Source: Phormidium sp.
GTDB taxonomy: Bacteria > Cyanobacteriota > Cyanobacteriia > Cyanobacteriales > Aerosakkonemataceae
DNA length: 64,000 nt
Direction: 5' to 3'
NCBI GenBank assembly: GCA_051013385.1
Contig: CP143273.1
Coordinates: 1,824,001 to 1,888,000 of the forward strand
Under the pieces are notes generated by a model. It did not search any database, was not told the DNA's origin, and saw nothing but the letters and a program-made list of their open reading frames with translations. This document shows, piece after piece, positions 48,577 to 59,741 of the stretch (positions are counted from its first letter, which is position 1; every line of letters starts with the position of its first letter). The translations under genes and the position numbers were made by a program.

Positions 48577-49335
48577 TATATAGTCACTGGTGAAAGTAAA
48601 ATATTCCACTGCATTCTCCTCTAAGTCTTTGCGCTCTGCAACCAAAGCACCTGTGTATTCTGGGTTGGGTTTGAATTCAGTACAAAACCAGTGTGTGTTG
48701 AGTAAAATATTACTTTCTGTGTTGTGTAAATTAATGGCGTTTTCCGCACTAAAAGAAACTGCGATCGCTTGCAGTCCACTCAATCCTTCCCCAGTCGCTT
48801 TGAGATAAGCTTCCTTAATAGTCCAAAACCGAAAAAATAGTTGTTGCTGTTGTGATTCTGGTAGGGCATTAATTAAGCTAGATTCACTTCGGGAAAAAAA
48901 GCGTTCTGCTAATTGTTGTACATCAGCGATCTGGCGCAAATACTCTAAATCAATGCCAACTGCACGATTAAGCGCGATCGCATAAACTGCTAAATCTTGC
49001 GAATGAGATACATTAAAACACAGCCTCGCTTCAGTATCAATATTATTGAGCTCCGGCTTCCCTTGCTGCGAGTACCTAAACTCTAGTCGATCGGGTTCTA
49101 TATTCAAATAGCGACTCAAAATAATTCTTAATAATCCCCGACTGGCAATATACTTTTTTTTATCTCGTTCAAAATAAAACCTGTCTGCCCTCTGCCGTTC
49201 ATCTAAAGACAAATGTACCGCTAACTTTGTCAATAACTCTGGCGGTAAATCTAGATCGGCCCGCCAAATATGTAGAGCGTTTTTTAGATTAGTTAAATTA
49301 ATTAAATTTTTGCTGGGGAAATGCCATAATATCAT
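48556..49335 (-). CDS. Sfp/HetI-type 4'-phosphopantetheinyl transferase
   Basis: GKP, FNVSHS, VGIDLE, FWTIKEAYLKATGEGL. Confidence 0.95.
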   Translation of the reverse strand: MILWHFPSKNLINLTNLKNALHIWRADLDLPPELLTKLAVHLSLDERQRADRFYFERDKKKYIASRGLLRIILSRYLNIEPDRLEFRYSQQGKPELNNIDTEARLCFNVSHSQDLAVYAIALNRAVGIDLEYLRQIADVQQLAERFFSRSESSLINALPESQQQQLFFRFWTIKEAYLKATGEGLSGLQAIAVSFSAENAINLHNTESNILLNTHWFCTEFKPNPEYTGALVAERKDLEENAVEYFTFTSDYILSSPTS

Positions 49336-49579
49336 AAAAGTGGAAAATCTTTTACTCTCGGATTAAGATAGATTATCAAACCTAGATTAGGAGCTTAAAT
49401 GTAAAATACCATAATCTTAAAGCCACCAAGCTGAAAGAGCAAATATAGAACACCATTTTACAACCTTAGTGTCAATGCCCAAAAAATAAGTTAAAGATAA
49501 ATTCTGAATCAAAGGAAAAATTTTGCAGTGAAGAAGTGACTTTTCTTAACTTATAAGTTTTCCTAAACCTTATCCGCCT

Positions 49580-52500
49580 TTGACCGATCAAATGAACAGA
49601 ACAGGAAATTATAACTCTTATTCCTCTGCGATTTGGCGCTATAGTATAGCGGTTTTAACAGTAAGCTTGGTTCTGGGGATAAACTTACTCCTTGAACCGT
49701 TATTTGACACAGAAAGTCCATTTCTCCTGTTTTTTACCGCCGTGATTATTAGTGCGCTGTACGGGGGAATTTGGGCAGGAGTCTTAGCTACAATTTTGTC
49801 AGCATTAATTTGCGATCGCCTGTTTTTATTCCCACTTGGTTACTTTTTTGTTCCCAGTGTGGCGCAAAGTGTGAAGTTTATTTTATTTATTTGTGAAGGC
49901 GTTTTTATTAGCTACACTATTGGGCAATTAAATATAGCTAAACAGCGATTGTTAGGGGGGGGAAAGGCATCAGAATCAAATCAAATAATAAATATTTTAA
50001 AGAAGGAATCAAACCCAAATTATGCGGTTTTTTTATTAGATGCAAAAGGGGTGGTTGCTAGTTGGAATCAACAGGCAGAAAAGCTCAAGGGATATCAAGC
50101 AAAGGAGATTATTGGAAAGCATTTTTCTTGTTTCTATCCCCAGTCAGATATTGCCCAAAAAAATCCCGATCGCTACTTGCAAATCGCCGCCACAGAAGGA
50201 CATATAGAAAAAGAAGGATGGCGAATTCGCCAAGATGGTTCTCGGTTTTGGGCAAATGCGATAATTACAGCATTGCGAGATGAAAAGGGAAATTTGACAG
50301 GATTTTGCAAATTAACGCGAGATTTAAGCAGTCGCAGACAAACGGAAGATTCTTTGCCACAGCCAAACAATAACTTAAACTTAGAAACGCGCATCCAAGA
50401 ACGCACCGCCCAACTAACAGCAGCAAATCGAGAATTACAGCAGCAAATAGAAGAAACAAGGAAAGCAGAAGCAGCATGGCAGATGAGCGAACAACGCTTT
50501 CGGGCGATCTTTAATCAGACATTTCAGTTTACTGGATTGATGAAACCAGATGGTACTTTAATAGAAGCTAATGAAACAGCCTTAAAATTTGGTGGATTAA
50601 AGCGAGAAGATGCGATCGATCGCCCATTTTGGGAAGCCCGGTGGTGGACAATTTCCAGAGAAACCCAAGAAAGATTAAAACAAGCAATTCAACAAGCCGC
50701 CAACAACCAATTTGTGCGCTACGAAGTAGAGGTTTTAGGTGCAAAAGATACAGTCATAACGATCGACTTTTCCATCAAACCAATATGCGATGAATCCGGG
50801 CAAGTAGTATTATTAATTCCCGAAGGGCGAGACATTAGCGAACGCAAACAAGCCGAACAAACATTGCAAAGCTTCTTCGACGCAGCCCCGATGATGATGG
50901 GCATTGTAGAACTAATCGACGATCGAGACATCCTGCACATAGCTGATAATGCTACCACAGCGAAATTTTTTGGTGTAGAAGCGATTCAGGAATCACCTGT
51001 ACAAAAAATGCGAAACGCCAAAGCAAGCGAAATGGGAGTACCAAAGGAACATATTCAACAATGGATTAAACATTACCGAGAGGCAGAACGCACCCAAGCC
51101 CCCGTTCGCTTTGAATACACCCATGTTACTCAACAAGGAGAACGCTGGCTATCAGCAACGGTTAGCTTAATTTCCGCGAAATTGGGTAGCCGTTCCCGCT
51201 TTGCTTACATTGTGGAAGATATTACCGATCGCAAACTTGCCGAAGCCCAAATTCACCAACTGAACACCGAACTAGAACAAAGAGTTCAAGAACGCACCGC
51301 CCAACTACAAATAGAAATTGCCCAAAGAGAACGCGCCCTACAAGAATTACAGCAAACCGAAGAAGCATTGCGGCAAAGTGAAGCACAATTTCGGATGGTA
51401 GCCGAAACAATGCCCCAAATAGTTTGGACAGCCTTGCCCGACGGTGCGGTAGACTACTACAACCAACGATGGACAGAATATAGCGGCATTCCCCAAACAG
51501 CAGGATACAAGTGGGGTTGGCAACCTATCCTACATCCAGAAGATGAACAACGCACGGTAGAGGCGTGGAAAAAAGCAGTGCAAACTGGAGAACTCTACGA
51601 ATGCGAACACCGCCTCAGAAGGGCGGATGGCGAATTTCGCTGGTTTCTCAGTCGCAGTTTACCCCTCCGCAATAGTCAAGGGCAAATAATTAAATGGTTT
51701 GGTACTGCTACTGATATTCACGAACAAAAGCAGGTGCAAGAAGCCTTAAGGCAAAGCGAACAAAAGTTCCGGGCAGCAGTTGATAATATCCCTGATACTT
51801 TTGTCATTTACGATGCAAAACGCCGTTTGCAGTTCGTCAATGCAGAAGGTTTGCGTCGAATTAACCAGCCACTAGAAGCATTGTTAGGTCGTCGGGATGA
51901 GGAAATTCATCCACCATCAGTCACAGATGACTATCTACCATTCTTAGAGTGGTCAGTGGAAACTTTGACTACTCAGAGTTTTGAATGCACTACTACCCTA
52001 CCTAGCTATGGTACTTATAGCGCAATTATTTCATATATTCCCTTACTTAATGACCAAGGGGAACTCTATCAAATTCTTGGCATTACTCACGATATTACTA
52101 AGCGCAAACGTGCTGAAGAAGCTTTGCGGTTAAGTTTAGAACGCTTCCGCATTGCTTTAGAAAATTCCCCGATCGCAGTTTTCAACCAAGACCGACAACT
52201 TCGCTACACTTGGATTTACAATCCTCGATTAGGCTACAAAGCAGAGGAAGTTCTGGGCAAAACAGATGCCGATCTCATGCAACCAGATGATGCTGCTAAA
52301 GTAACCGAAATCAAACAGCGGGTACTTTTAACCGGAAAAGGAGTGAGGGAAGAAGTTCACGCCAGTAAAACTGGAGAGTTTTCTTACTATGAACTAAATG
52401 TACAACCATTACGGGACGATTTCGAGCGAATTGTTGGCATTACCGCCTCTGCGATCGATATTACCGAACGCAAACGCACAGAAGCACAGCTGCAAATTCG

Positions 52501-53713
52501 GGCACAACAACAAGCGGCGATCGCACATTTAGGACAAAGGGCATTATCTGGCATAAACTTAGATCAATTGATGAAAGAAGCCACAAGTTTAATTGCTCAA
52601 ACCCTGAACGTTGCATATTGTGAAATTCTCGAACTTTTGCCCGATAGACAACAAACGATCGTGCGTTCAGCTTTTGGCTTCCCGGAAAGCGTCATCGGAC
52701 AAAGCATATTTAATACAGGTTTGCCATCTCAAGCTGGTTATACAATAGATGCTTGTGAAACAGTAATAGTCAATGACTTAGCGTCTGAAACTCGCTTTAC
52801 TTCTTCCCCCTTGTTCCCAGAATATCAAATCATCAGTGGACTAAGTACAATTATTGCCGGAGTTCCCCAACCCTTCGGTGTTTTACAAGTTCATACCACT
52901 AATGAATATACTTTTACTCAGGATGATATTAACTTCTTGCAAGCTGGGGCAAATATCCTCGCAGAAGCAATTCAAAGACAAAAAGCTAAGGAAATTTTAC
53001 AGCGGCAATCAGAAGAGATAGCTTTAGCAAATCGCCTCAAGGATGAATTTTTGGCAACTATTTCTCACGAACTGCGGACTCCGCTTAATTCAATGTTAGG
53101 TTGGGCGAAACTTTTGCCTACCAGGAATTTTAGCCCGGAAACTGTGAATAGGGCGATCGAAACTATTTCCCGCAATACTCAAGCTTTAGCACAAATAATT
53201 GAAGATGTGCTAGATATGTCCGATATCATTCGCGGTAGGTTAAATTTACAAGTTGAGCCTGTGTCATTGGATCTAGTGGTTGAAGGGGCGATCGCTTCCA
53301 TCAATCTAGCAGCAGAAGCGAAAAATATTCAAATCTGCTCCCAGATCGATTACTCTGTAGGAATTGTTTTGGGTGATGCCAGTCGCTTACAACAAATAGT
53401 TTGGAATTTGCTCTCTAACTCAGTCAAATTTACCCCCAAAGGTGGAACAGTAGAAGTAAAGCTGACTACAATTAATCACCTTGCCCAAATTCAAGTCAGC
53501 GACACCGGAAGAGGCATTAGTCCTGATTTCTTACCTCATGTTTTCGATCGCTTCCGTCAAGAAGATGGTTCCACTACTCGTTCTTACGGAGGTTTGGGTT
53601 TGGGATTAGCGATCGTCCGTTACCTAGTCGAACTACACGGTGGTACAATTCTAGCCGAAAGCTCAGGTCATGGACAAGGCGCAACCTTTACCGTCCAGTT
53701 TCCCCTCCTGTAA
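49580..53713 (+). CDS. Membrane multi-PAS/GAF sensor histidine kinase
   Basis: DUF4118-like TMs, about six PAS domains, GAF, SHELRTPL, DTGRGI, GGLGLGL; no receiver domain. Confidence 0.93.
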   Translation: MTDQMNRTGNYNSYSSAIWRYSIAVLTVSLVLGINLLLEPLFDTESPFLLFFTAVIISALYGGIWAGVLATILSALICDRLFLFPLGYFFVPSVAQSVKFILFICEGVFISYTIGQLNIAKQRLLGGGKASESNQIINILKKESNPNYAVFLLDAKGVVASWNQQAEKLKGYQAKEIIGKHFSCFYPQSDIAQKNPDRYLQIAATEGHIEKEGWRIRQDGSRFWANAIITALRDEKGNLTGFCKLTRDLSSRRQTEDSLPQPNNNLNLETRIQERTAQLTAANRELQQQIEETRKAEAAWQMSEQRFRAIFNQTFQFTGLMKPDGTLIEANETALKFGGLKREDAIDRPFWEARWWTISRETQERLKQAIQQAANNQFVRYEVEVLGAKDTVITIDFSIKPICDESGQVVLLIPEGRDISERKQAEQTLQSFFDAAPMMMGIVELIDDRDILHIADNATTAKFFGVEAIQESPVQKMRNAKASEMGVPKEHIQQWIKHYREAERTQAPVRFEYTHVTQQGERWLSATVSLISAKLGSRSRFAYIVEDITDRKLAEAQIHQLNTELEQRVQERTAQLQIEIAQRERALQELQQTEEALRQSEAQFRMVAETMPQIVWTALPDGAVDYYNQRWTEYSGIPQTAGYKWGWQPILHPEDEQRTVEAWKKAVQTGELYECEHRLRRADGEFRWFLSRSLPLRNSQGQIIKWFGTATDIHEQKQVQEALRQSEQKFRAAVDNIPDTFVIYDAKRRLQFVNAEGLRRINQPLEALLGRRDEEIHPPSVTDDYLPFLEWSVETLTTQSFECTTTLPSYGTYSAIISYIPLLNDQGELYQILGITHDITKRKRAEEALRLSLERFRIALENSPIAVFNQDRQLRYTWIYNPRLGYKAEEVLGKTDADLMQPDDAAKVTEIKQRVLLTGKGVREEVHASKTGEFSYYELNVQPLRDDFERIVGITASAIDITERKRTEAQLQIRAQQQAAIAHLGQRALSGINLDQLMKEATSLIAQTLNVAYCEILELLPDRQQTIVRSAFGFPESVIGQSIFNTGLPSQAGYTIDACETVIVNDLASETRFTSSPLFPEYQIISGLSTIIAGVPQPFGVLQVHTTNEYTFTQDDINFLQAGANILAEAIQRQKAKEILQRQSEEIALANRLKDEFLATISHELRTPLNSMLGWAKLLPTRNFSPETVNRAIETISRNTQALAQIIEDVLDMSDIIRGRLNLQVEPVSLDLVVEGAIASINLAAEAKNIQICSQIDYSVGIVLGDASRLQQIVWNLLSNSVKFTPKGGTVEVKLTTINHLAQIQVSDTGRGISPDFLPHVFDRFRQEDGSTTRSYGGLGLGLAIVRYLVELHGGTILAESSGHGQGATFTVQFPLL

Positions 53714-53749
53714 GACTCTAGGTGCAGGGGGGCAGGGGGGCAGGGGAGC

Positions 53750-54229
53750 AGTTTTGAGTTTTCAGTTTTGAGTTTTCAGTTTTGAGTTTTCAGTTTTGAG
53801 TTTTCAGTTTTGAGTTTTCAGTTTTGAGTTTTCAGTTTTCAGTTTTCAGTTTTCAGTTTTCAGTTTTCAGTTTTCAGTTTTCAGTTTTCAGTTTTCAGTT
53901 TTCAGTTTTCAGTTTTCAGTTTTCAGTTTTCAGTTTTCAGTTTTCAGTTTTCAGTTTTCAGTTTTCAGTTTTCAGTTTTCAGTTTTCAGTTTTCAGTTTT
54001 CAGTTTTCAGTTTTCAGTTTTCAGTTTTCAGTTTTCAGTTTTCAGTTTTCAGTTTTCAGTTTTCAGTTTTCAGTTTTCAGTTTTCAGTTTTCAGTTTTCA
54101 GTTTTCAGTTTTCAGTTTTCAGTTTTCAGTTTTCAGTTTTCAGTTTTCAGTTTTCAGTTTTCAGTTTTCAGTTTTGAGTTTTCAGTTTTCAGTTTTCAGT
54201 TTTCAGTTTTCAGTTTTCAGTTTTCAGTT
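53750..54229. repeat. Long heptamer tandem array (AGTTTTC/G), about 68 units
   Basis: Read directly; alternating G/C variants at the 5' end, then an almost pure array. Confidence 0.97.
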
Positions 54230-54238
54230 AAAGAGTCT

Positions 54239-54322
54239 CCTTGTCCCCTTGTCCCCTTGTCCCCTTGTCCCCTTGTCCCTTGTCCCCTTGTCCCCTTGTC
54301 CCTTGTCCCCTTGTCCCCTTGT
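54239..54322. repeat. (CCCCTTGT/CCCTTGT)n tandem repeat
   Basis: Read directly. Confidence 0.9.
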
Positions 54323-54509
54323 CTGTTTAATTTTCTTTGATGACAATGAATCAGCCCTGGGGGGGCAGGGGGGCAAGAAAGCTCTTTAACTCTAAACTCA
54401 GTAGGGGCAATTCATGAATTGCCCTTACTCAAAAGGGCAATTCATGAATTGCCCCTACTCAAAACTTTCCGGGTCTCCAGTCCCAAGACCAGCCTAATTG
54501 TACAAAAAA

Positions 54510-54601
54510 CGGAGAGGGAGGGATTCGAACCCTCGGATGGGTCTTACGAGTCCATCAACAGATTAGCAATCTGCCGCTTTCGACCACTCAGCCACCTCTC
54601 C
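54510..54601 (-). tRNA. tRNA-Ser(GCT)
   Basis: GGAGAGGTGGCTGAGTGG..., anticodon arm CAGA-TTGCTAA-TCTG, long variable arm, GGTTCGAATCC. Confidence 0.97.
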
Positions 54602-55072
54602 AAGGTGACAGAAATTTATAATAGCACGCTTTTGATAGATAATCCAGGGAATTCCCAAAAAAAAGTTTTGCACTTTCCGACCCTTGTCTAGCCTGCCCCC
54701 CTAAGACTTGAACAACCGGGTTTATAAACGAAAAATCTAGGCTTTCAGGTTTAGTTATTGGCGACAAACCCGGTTTTTAACCTGCTAGATCTGAGTTAAC
54801 ATTACTTGTCAAACATGATGAGTATGGTTGAAGTTAAGGGAGAGAGTATTTTAATTTACCAGATTATAGTCTGGTCTTTATATTTTTTCACTCTTAAGTA
54901 ATATCTTCACTTGCGGGGATCAATCTCTCCCTTAGCTGATGTTATCAGAGCAATTGATCCTTACTCTAAATATCAAAAGCTCAAATTTAAAACTTGAGTT
55001 TATCAGGCGGCTACTAATTTTAAGAACCTCTAGTTTCGGCTGTCATTTAATTACACCAACACTTACAAAACT

Positions 55073-56344
55073 ATGTTTTCCCCAATCAAAAAGCACATTG
55101 CTCTCATATCGGTGCATGGAGATCCAGCAATTGAAATTGGTAAAGAAGAAGCTGGTGGGCAAAATGTTTATGTGCGTCAAGTAGGTCAAGCTTTAGCACA
55201 AAAGGGTTGGCTAGTTGATATGTTTACCCGCAAAGCTAATCCCCAACAAGATAGAATTGTGCAACATAGCCTTAATTGTCGAACAATTCGTTTAACTGCT
55301 GGCCCGGAAGAGTTTGTGCCAAGAGATGATATTTTTGTATATTTACCAGAGTTTGTGGAGAATTTTCTCCAATTTCAGCAAGAAAATCAAATTAATTACT
55401 CGCTCGTTCATACTAATTACTGGCTCTCTTCCTGGGTAGGGATGCAACTGAAAAAAACACTTGATATCAAACAAGTGCATACTTACCATTCTTTAGGTGC
55501 CGTTAAATATAAGTCAGTCACCACAATTCCGATGATTGCTACTACCCGCTTAAGCACAGAAAAAGCGGTGTTAGAAACTGCCCAGAGAATTGTCGCAACT
55601 AGTCCGCAAGAAAGAGAACACATGAGAACTTTAGTTTCTCAAAAAGGTAAAATTGACATAATTCCTTGCGGTACTGATATCAGTCATTTTGGTTCTATTA
55701 GTCGGATAGCAGCTAGGGAAAATTTGGGAATTGACCCAGAAACTAAGGTAATTTTATATGTGGGTCGTTTCGATCGACGCAAGGGAATTGAAACTTTAGT
55801 GCGTGCGGTTGGTCAATGCCAAGCGATGAAAAATCACCAGCTAAAATTAATTATTGGGGGTGGTTTTAGACCGGGACATAGTGATGGTAAAGAGTATGAT
55901 CGCATTGCCAGCATTGTAGAGGAACTAGGTTTAAACGATCTAACAATTTTCCCCGGAAGATTGAGTCGAGAAGTTTTACCAAATTACTACACTGCGGCTG
56001 ATGTAACTGTTGTTCCCAGTCACTATGAACCCTTTGGGTTAGTAACAATTGAATCGATGGCTTGTGGTACGCCAGTTATTGGCAGTGATGTTGGTGGTTT
56101 ACAATTTACGATCGTACCAGAAGAAAATGGTTTACTCTGTCCGCCTAAAGATAACGCAGCTTTTGCAGCGGCGATCGATCGCATTTTGGGCAACCCAGAA
56201 TGGCGCAACAAATTAGGAGTAAATGCCAGAGAACGAGTCGAAGAAATGTTTAGCTGGGATGGAGTTGCTTCCCAATTAACTAACCTTTACCTTGACTTAC
56301 TCAAACAACCAGCAGCGAAACAATTAAGTACTGTGAGTGCTTAG
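55073..56344 (+). CDS. GT4 glycosyltransferase, sucrose-phosphate synthase (minimal SPS)/MshA-like
   Basis: ISVHGDP..EAGGQNVYV, HTNYWLS, HTYHSLG, YEPFGLVTIE. Confidence 0.85.
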   Translation: MFSPIKKHIALISVHGDPAIEIGKEEAGGQNVYVRQVGQALAQKGWLVDMFTRKANPQQDRIVQHSLNCRTIRLTAGPEEFVPRDDIFVYLPEFVENFLQFQQENQINYSLVHTNYWLSSWVGMQLKKTLDIKQVHTYHSLGAVKYKSVTTIPMIATTRLSTEKAVLETAQRIVATSPQEREHMRTLVSQKGKIDIIPCGTDISHFGSISRIAARENLGIDPETKVILYVGRFDRRKGIETLVRAVGQCQAMKNHQLKLIIGGGFRPGHSDGKEYDRIASIVEELGLNDLTIFPGRLSREVLPNYYTAADVTVVPSHYEPFGLVTIESMACGTPVIGSDVGGLQFTIVPEENGLLCPPKDNAAFAAAIDRILGNPEWRNKLGVNARERVEEMFSWDGVASQLTNLYLDLLKQPAAKQLSTVSA

Positions 56345-56501
56345 TAACACCAGTTGCTAGTTACTTGAAATGGTTACTTTGTTGCCCTTGGACATTACTC
56401 ACATCTTGCAGCCTGTGAGGTAGAACCTCCCAATACTCGTTCCCCGGTTCAACCTGGGAACGAGAAACAACGCTGTAGAGACGTTGCATGAAACGTCTCT
56501 A

Positions 56502-56685
56502 CCGGGACTTAGACAAAAGTTGCCTTAAAAACAGGCTCAAACCCAGTCGCCAAGGAGATTTGAGGTTGATTTGTGTTTTTCCTTGCTACGACTGGGTTTG
56601 AGCCTAATATATCCCATTAAAGGTAAAACTCTCTCCCAGCAAGGAATACAGGTGGATTTCAGCCCAGAATTTGTCTAAGTCCCGA
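56502..56685. mobile_element. 184-bp MITE with terminal inverted repeats and TA flanks
   Basis: CGGGACTTAGACAAA / TTTGTCTAAGTCCCG; TA at 56500-56501 and 56686-56687. Confidence 0.8.
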
Positions 56686-56750
56686 TAGTAGTTTAGGCGA
56701 TCGGATCGCAGATGCGATCGTCTAAACTACTGTTAATTTTTTTACTTTTT

Positions 56751-57977
56751 TTACCTTTCTTTCCTTCTGCCCTCTACCTTTTTCCTTCTGCTTTCACCTG
56801 TAGCTACACGAGGAAGGCGATGTTTAAAACCGCAAAGAATTTCCCAGGAAATAGTACCTAAAATTTCTGCCCAATCATCAGCGCCAATTTGCAAATCGCC
56901 ATCTTTGCCTAAAACAGTTACTACTTCTCCTACTTGTAGATCGGGAATTGCACTAACATCGAGCATTATTTGATCCATTGTAATCGCTCCCAATTGGGGG
57001 ACTTGCTGACCGCGAATTAAAACTTTCATTTTGTTAGAAAGGTTGCGGGGAATGCCGTCTGCGTAGCCAATTCCGATTACTGCTAAACGCATTTCTTGGT
57101 CAGCAATGAATTGATAGCCGTAGCTTACACCAGTACCAGCAGCAATGGTTTTAACTTGGGTGACTCTGGCTTTTACCTGCATTACTGGTTTAAGTTCTAC
57201 CACTTGTTTTAAATGAGTTGCTGGGTAAAGTCCGTAGGTAGCCAAGCCAACTCTTACCATATCATAGTGTAAGTTGCGACTGGTTAAAGCCGCAGCTGTG
57301 TTTGCTAAATGTAGTCGGGGAAATTGCCTACCTAAGTTGTTAATTTTACTGTTATTTAAGCGAGTAGCAACTGCATTTTTCGCTGCTTCAAACCGCCGCT
57401 GTTGTTCTTTCATAATTGTTGGATCGGGACTATCAGCGGTGGCTAAGTGTGAATAGATACTGGCTATTTCTAAATTCGGACAATGATAAACTAGCTGGAC
57501 AAAATCAGCGGCTTCTTGCCAGTTAGTTCCTAATCGTGACATTCCCGTATCTAATTTAATATGGACAGGTATATTTTGATTTAGGGAAGCCAAAGTTTCC
57601 GAATAAATTAAAGCTTGTTGGGGAGTGCAAAGGGTAGGTTGTAATTTCCATTGTGCGATCGCTTCAATTTGCTCCGGCGTATTGGTTGCCCCTAAAATTA
57701 AAATTGGCGCATTTATCCCCGCTTGGCGTAACTCAATTCCCTCCGGTATTGTCGCCACTCCCAGCCAACTAGCTCCCGCTTGTAAAGCTGTTTGTGCTAC
57801 AACACAAGCACCATGTCCATAAGCGTCTGCCTTTACCACCGTCATCAGTTGCGTTTGGGGTGCTAAAAGATTTTTCATTTGCTGTACATTGTGAGCTAAA
57901 GCTGCTAAATCTATTTCTACCCACGCACGTTCGCATCGCATTGCAGCTAAAGCAGAAGTTTGCTCCCAACTTAACAT
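56751..57977 (-). CDS. alr: Alanine racemase
   Basis: VVKADAYGHG, HIKLDTGMSRLG, GYADG, ITMDQ. Confidence 0.97.
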   Translation of the reverse strand: MLSWEQTSALAAMRCERAWVEIDLAALAHNVQQMKNLLAPQTQLMTVVKADAYGHGACVVAQTALQAGASWLGVATIPEGIELRQAGINAPILILGATNTPEQIEAIAQWKLQPTLCTPQQALIYSETLASLNQNIPVHIKLDTGMSRLGTNWQEAADFVQLVYHCPNLEIASIYSHLATADSPDPTIMKEQQRRFEAAKNAVATRLNNSKINNLGRQFPRLHLANTAAALTSRNLHYDMVRVGLATYGLYPATHLKQVVELKPVMQVKARVTQVKTIAAGTGVSYGYQFIADQEMRLAVIGIGYADGIPRNLSNKMKVLIRGQQVPQLGAITMDQIMLDVSAIPDLQVGEVVTVLGKDGDLQIGADDWAEILGTISWEILCGFKHRLPRVATGESRRKKVEGRRKER

Positions 57978-58205
57978 TCCGTCTCACTCCTTGATCACTC
58001 ACACTCGATCGCCATTTGCCCAGCATTATCGGACAATACCTGACTGGTTTGGCAAAATTAAACCACTAAATTGATACTAGATTAACTCGATAGTAAGTAA
58101 ATTTTACATTTACCTAACAAACAATGCCAAGGTAAATTTCAGTATTATTATCATTCTACAAATATTTTTTCCCAAGTTAGACTATAGTAAATATCAATTG
58201 GGATT

Positions 58206-59510
58206 ATGAAGCGAATTCTCTTGGGTGACAAACTAATTACCTATTTTTCCGTACCCTGTATTTTTTTTATCACCTCTTTATTGCTGATTTATTTACAATC
58301 CGAGTTACAACTTTATCGGGTCATGCAACTACTTATCGTTGAGTTACAAGGAATCCGCATTCATAACCTTTTGGCAAGTCAATATGCAATTAACTTCTGG
58401 GGATCATCGGGATTTTTCTTAATAGTTTATGCTTTAGCAAAAAGATTACCTTGCTTCAAGATTAAACAGGAATCTCAGCCTGAGTTACAGTCAGAGGAAT
58501 CAAAGTATCGGAGGATTTTTGAAAACGCTACAGAAGGAATTTACCAAACTACACCCAATGGCAAATTTATTAGTGCTAATCCGGCTATAGCAAATATTTT
58601 AGGGTACGATTCCCCGGCAGAACTAATGAACACAATTACAGATATTAGTAGCCAAATTTATGTAGAGCCAAACAGACGAGAAAAATTTATCAGGACTTTG
58701 AAGAAAGATAGTATTACAGCGAGATTTGTGTCCTTAGTTCGACGCAAAGATGAGAAATTAATTTGGATTGCAGAAAAAGCGCATAGCGTCAAAAATTCCC
58801 AAGGGGAATTGCTTTATTATGAAGGGACAGTGGAGGACGTTACTAATCACAAAATTGCCGAAGAAGCGCTGCAATATCAACAAGAACAAACAGAAAGGCT
58901 ACTTTTTAATATCTTACCCGGACCGATCGCAGTCAGGCTGCAAATGCAGGAAAGCATTATTGCTGATAGTTTTCCTGAAGCTACAGTTATGTTTGCTGAT
59001 CTAGTGAATTTTACCGAACTTTGTAATACTATTCCTCCCACTGAGTTAGTGAGATTGCTCAATGAGATTTTTTCCGTGTTCGATCGATTAGCCGAACAAT
59101 ATGGTTTAGAAAAAATTAAAACTATTGGGGATGCTTATATGGTAGCAGGAGGCATTCCAATTTCGAGAGAAGATCATGCAGATGCGATCGCACAAATGGC
59201 CTTAGATATGTTAAAAGAAATCAAACATTTTCACACCAAAGACGGACAACCTTTTAGCATCCGCATCGGGATTCATAGTGGACCCGTAGTTGCAGGAGTA
59301 ATCGGGCTTAAAAAAATTATTTATGACCTTTGGGGTGATACCGTAAATATTGCTAGCCGCATGGAATCCCAAGGAATTCCCGATAAAATTCAAGTAACGG
59401 AATTTACTTATAATATTTTATGTGGTAAATATCTATTTCAGGAAAGGGGAATGATTTCCGTTAAAGGTAAAGGCGAAATGAAGACATATTTTTTGGTTGA
59501 CAAGCTTTAA
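58206..59510 (+). CDS. Membrane PAS adenylate cyclase (class III)
   Basis: FADLVNFT, KIKTIGDAYM, YDLWGDTVNIASRMES. Confidence 0.93.
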   Translation: MKRILLGDKLITYFSVPCIFFITSLLLIYLQSELQLYRVMQLLIVELQGIRIHNLLASQYAINFWGSSGFFLIVYALAKRLPCFKIKQESQPELQSEESKYRRIFENATEGIYQTTPNGKFISANPAIANILGYDSPAELMNTITDISSQIYVEPNRREKFIRTLKKDSITARFVSLVRRKDEKLIWIAEKAHSVKNSQGELLYYEGTVEDVTNHKIAEEALQYQQEQTERLLFNILPGPIAVRLQMQESIIADSFPEATVMFADLVNFTELCNTIPPTELVRLLNEIFSVFDRLAEQYGLEKIKTIGDAYMVAGGIPISREDHADAIAQMALDMLKEIKHFHTKDGQPFSIRIGIHSGPVVAGVIGLKKIIYDLWGDTVNIASRMESQGIPDKIQVTEFTYNILCGKYLFQERGMISVKGKGEMKTYFLVDKL

Positions 59511-59741
59511 AAATGACAAAATAAAAGCAGTTGTCCGGCAATCTACGTTAAATTAGATACTTCAATAAAAACTACAGCTAGTCAAGTTGGTAGAGGGGTG
59601 TTTTCTCAGGTAAATTCGGCAAATTCAGCTAAATTCAGCCAGAAACCTAAAATTAGCTAAACTGTCAGGGTAGCGTTCTTACTGACTGATTGTTTGACCG
59701 ATGAAAATTCCATTAGTACGACTTTCGATTAATTTATATCT

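Noticed and set aside
48556..49335. NRPS/PKS cluster implied by the PPTase
   Set aside because: No carrier-protein or synthase genes nearby
53750..54229. Possible CRISPR array
   Set aside because: Pure 7-bp tandem repeat, no spacers, no cas genes
53824..54389. ORFs of (SFQFSVF)n and PLSPCPL repeats
   Set aside because: Translation artefacts of stop-free tandem repeats
54419..54691. 90-aa ORF
   Set aside because: Antisense to tRNA-Ser and made partly of palindromic repeats
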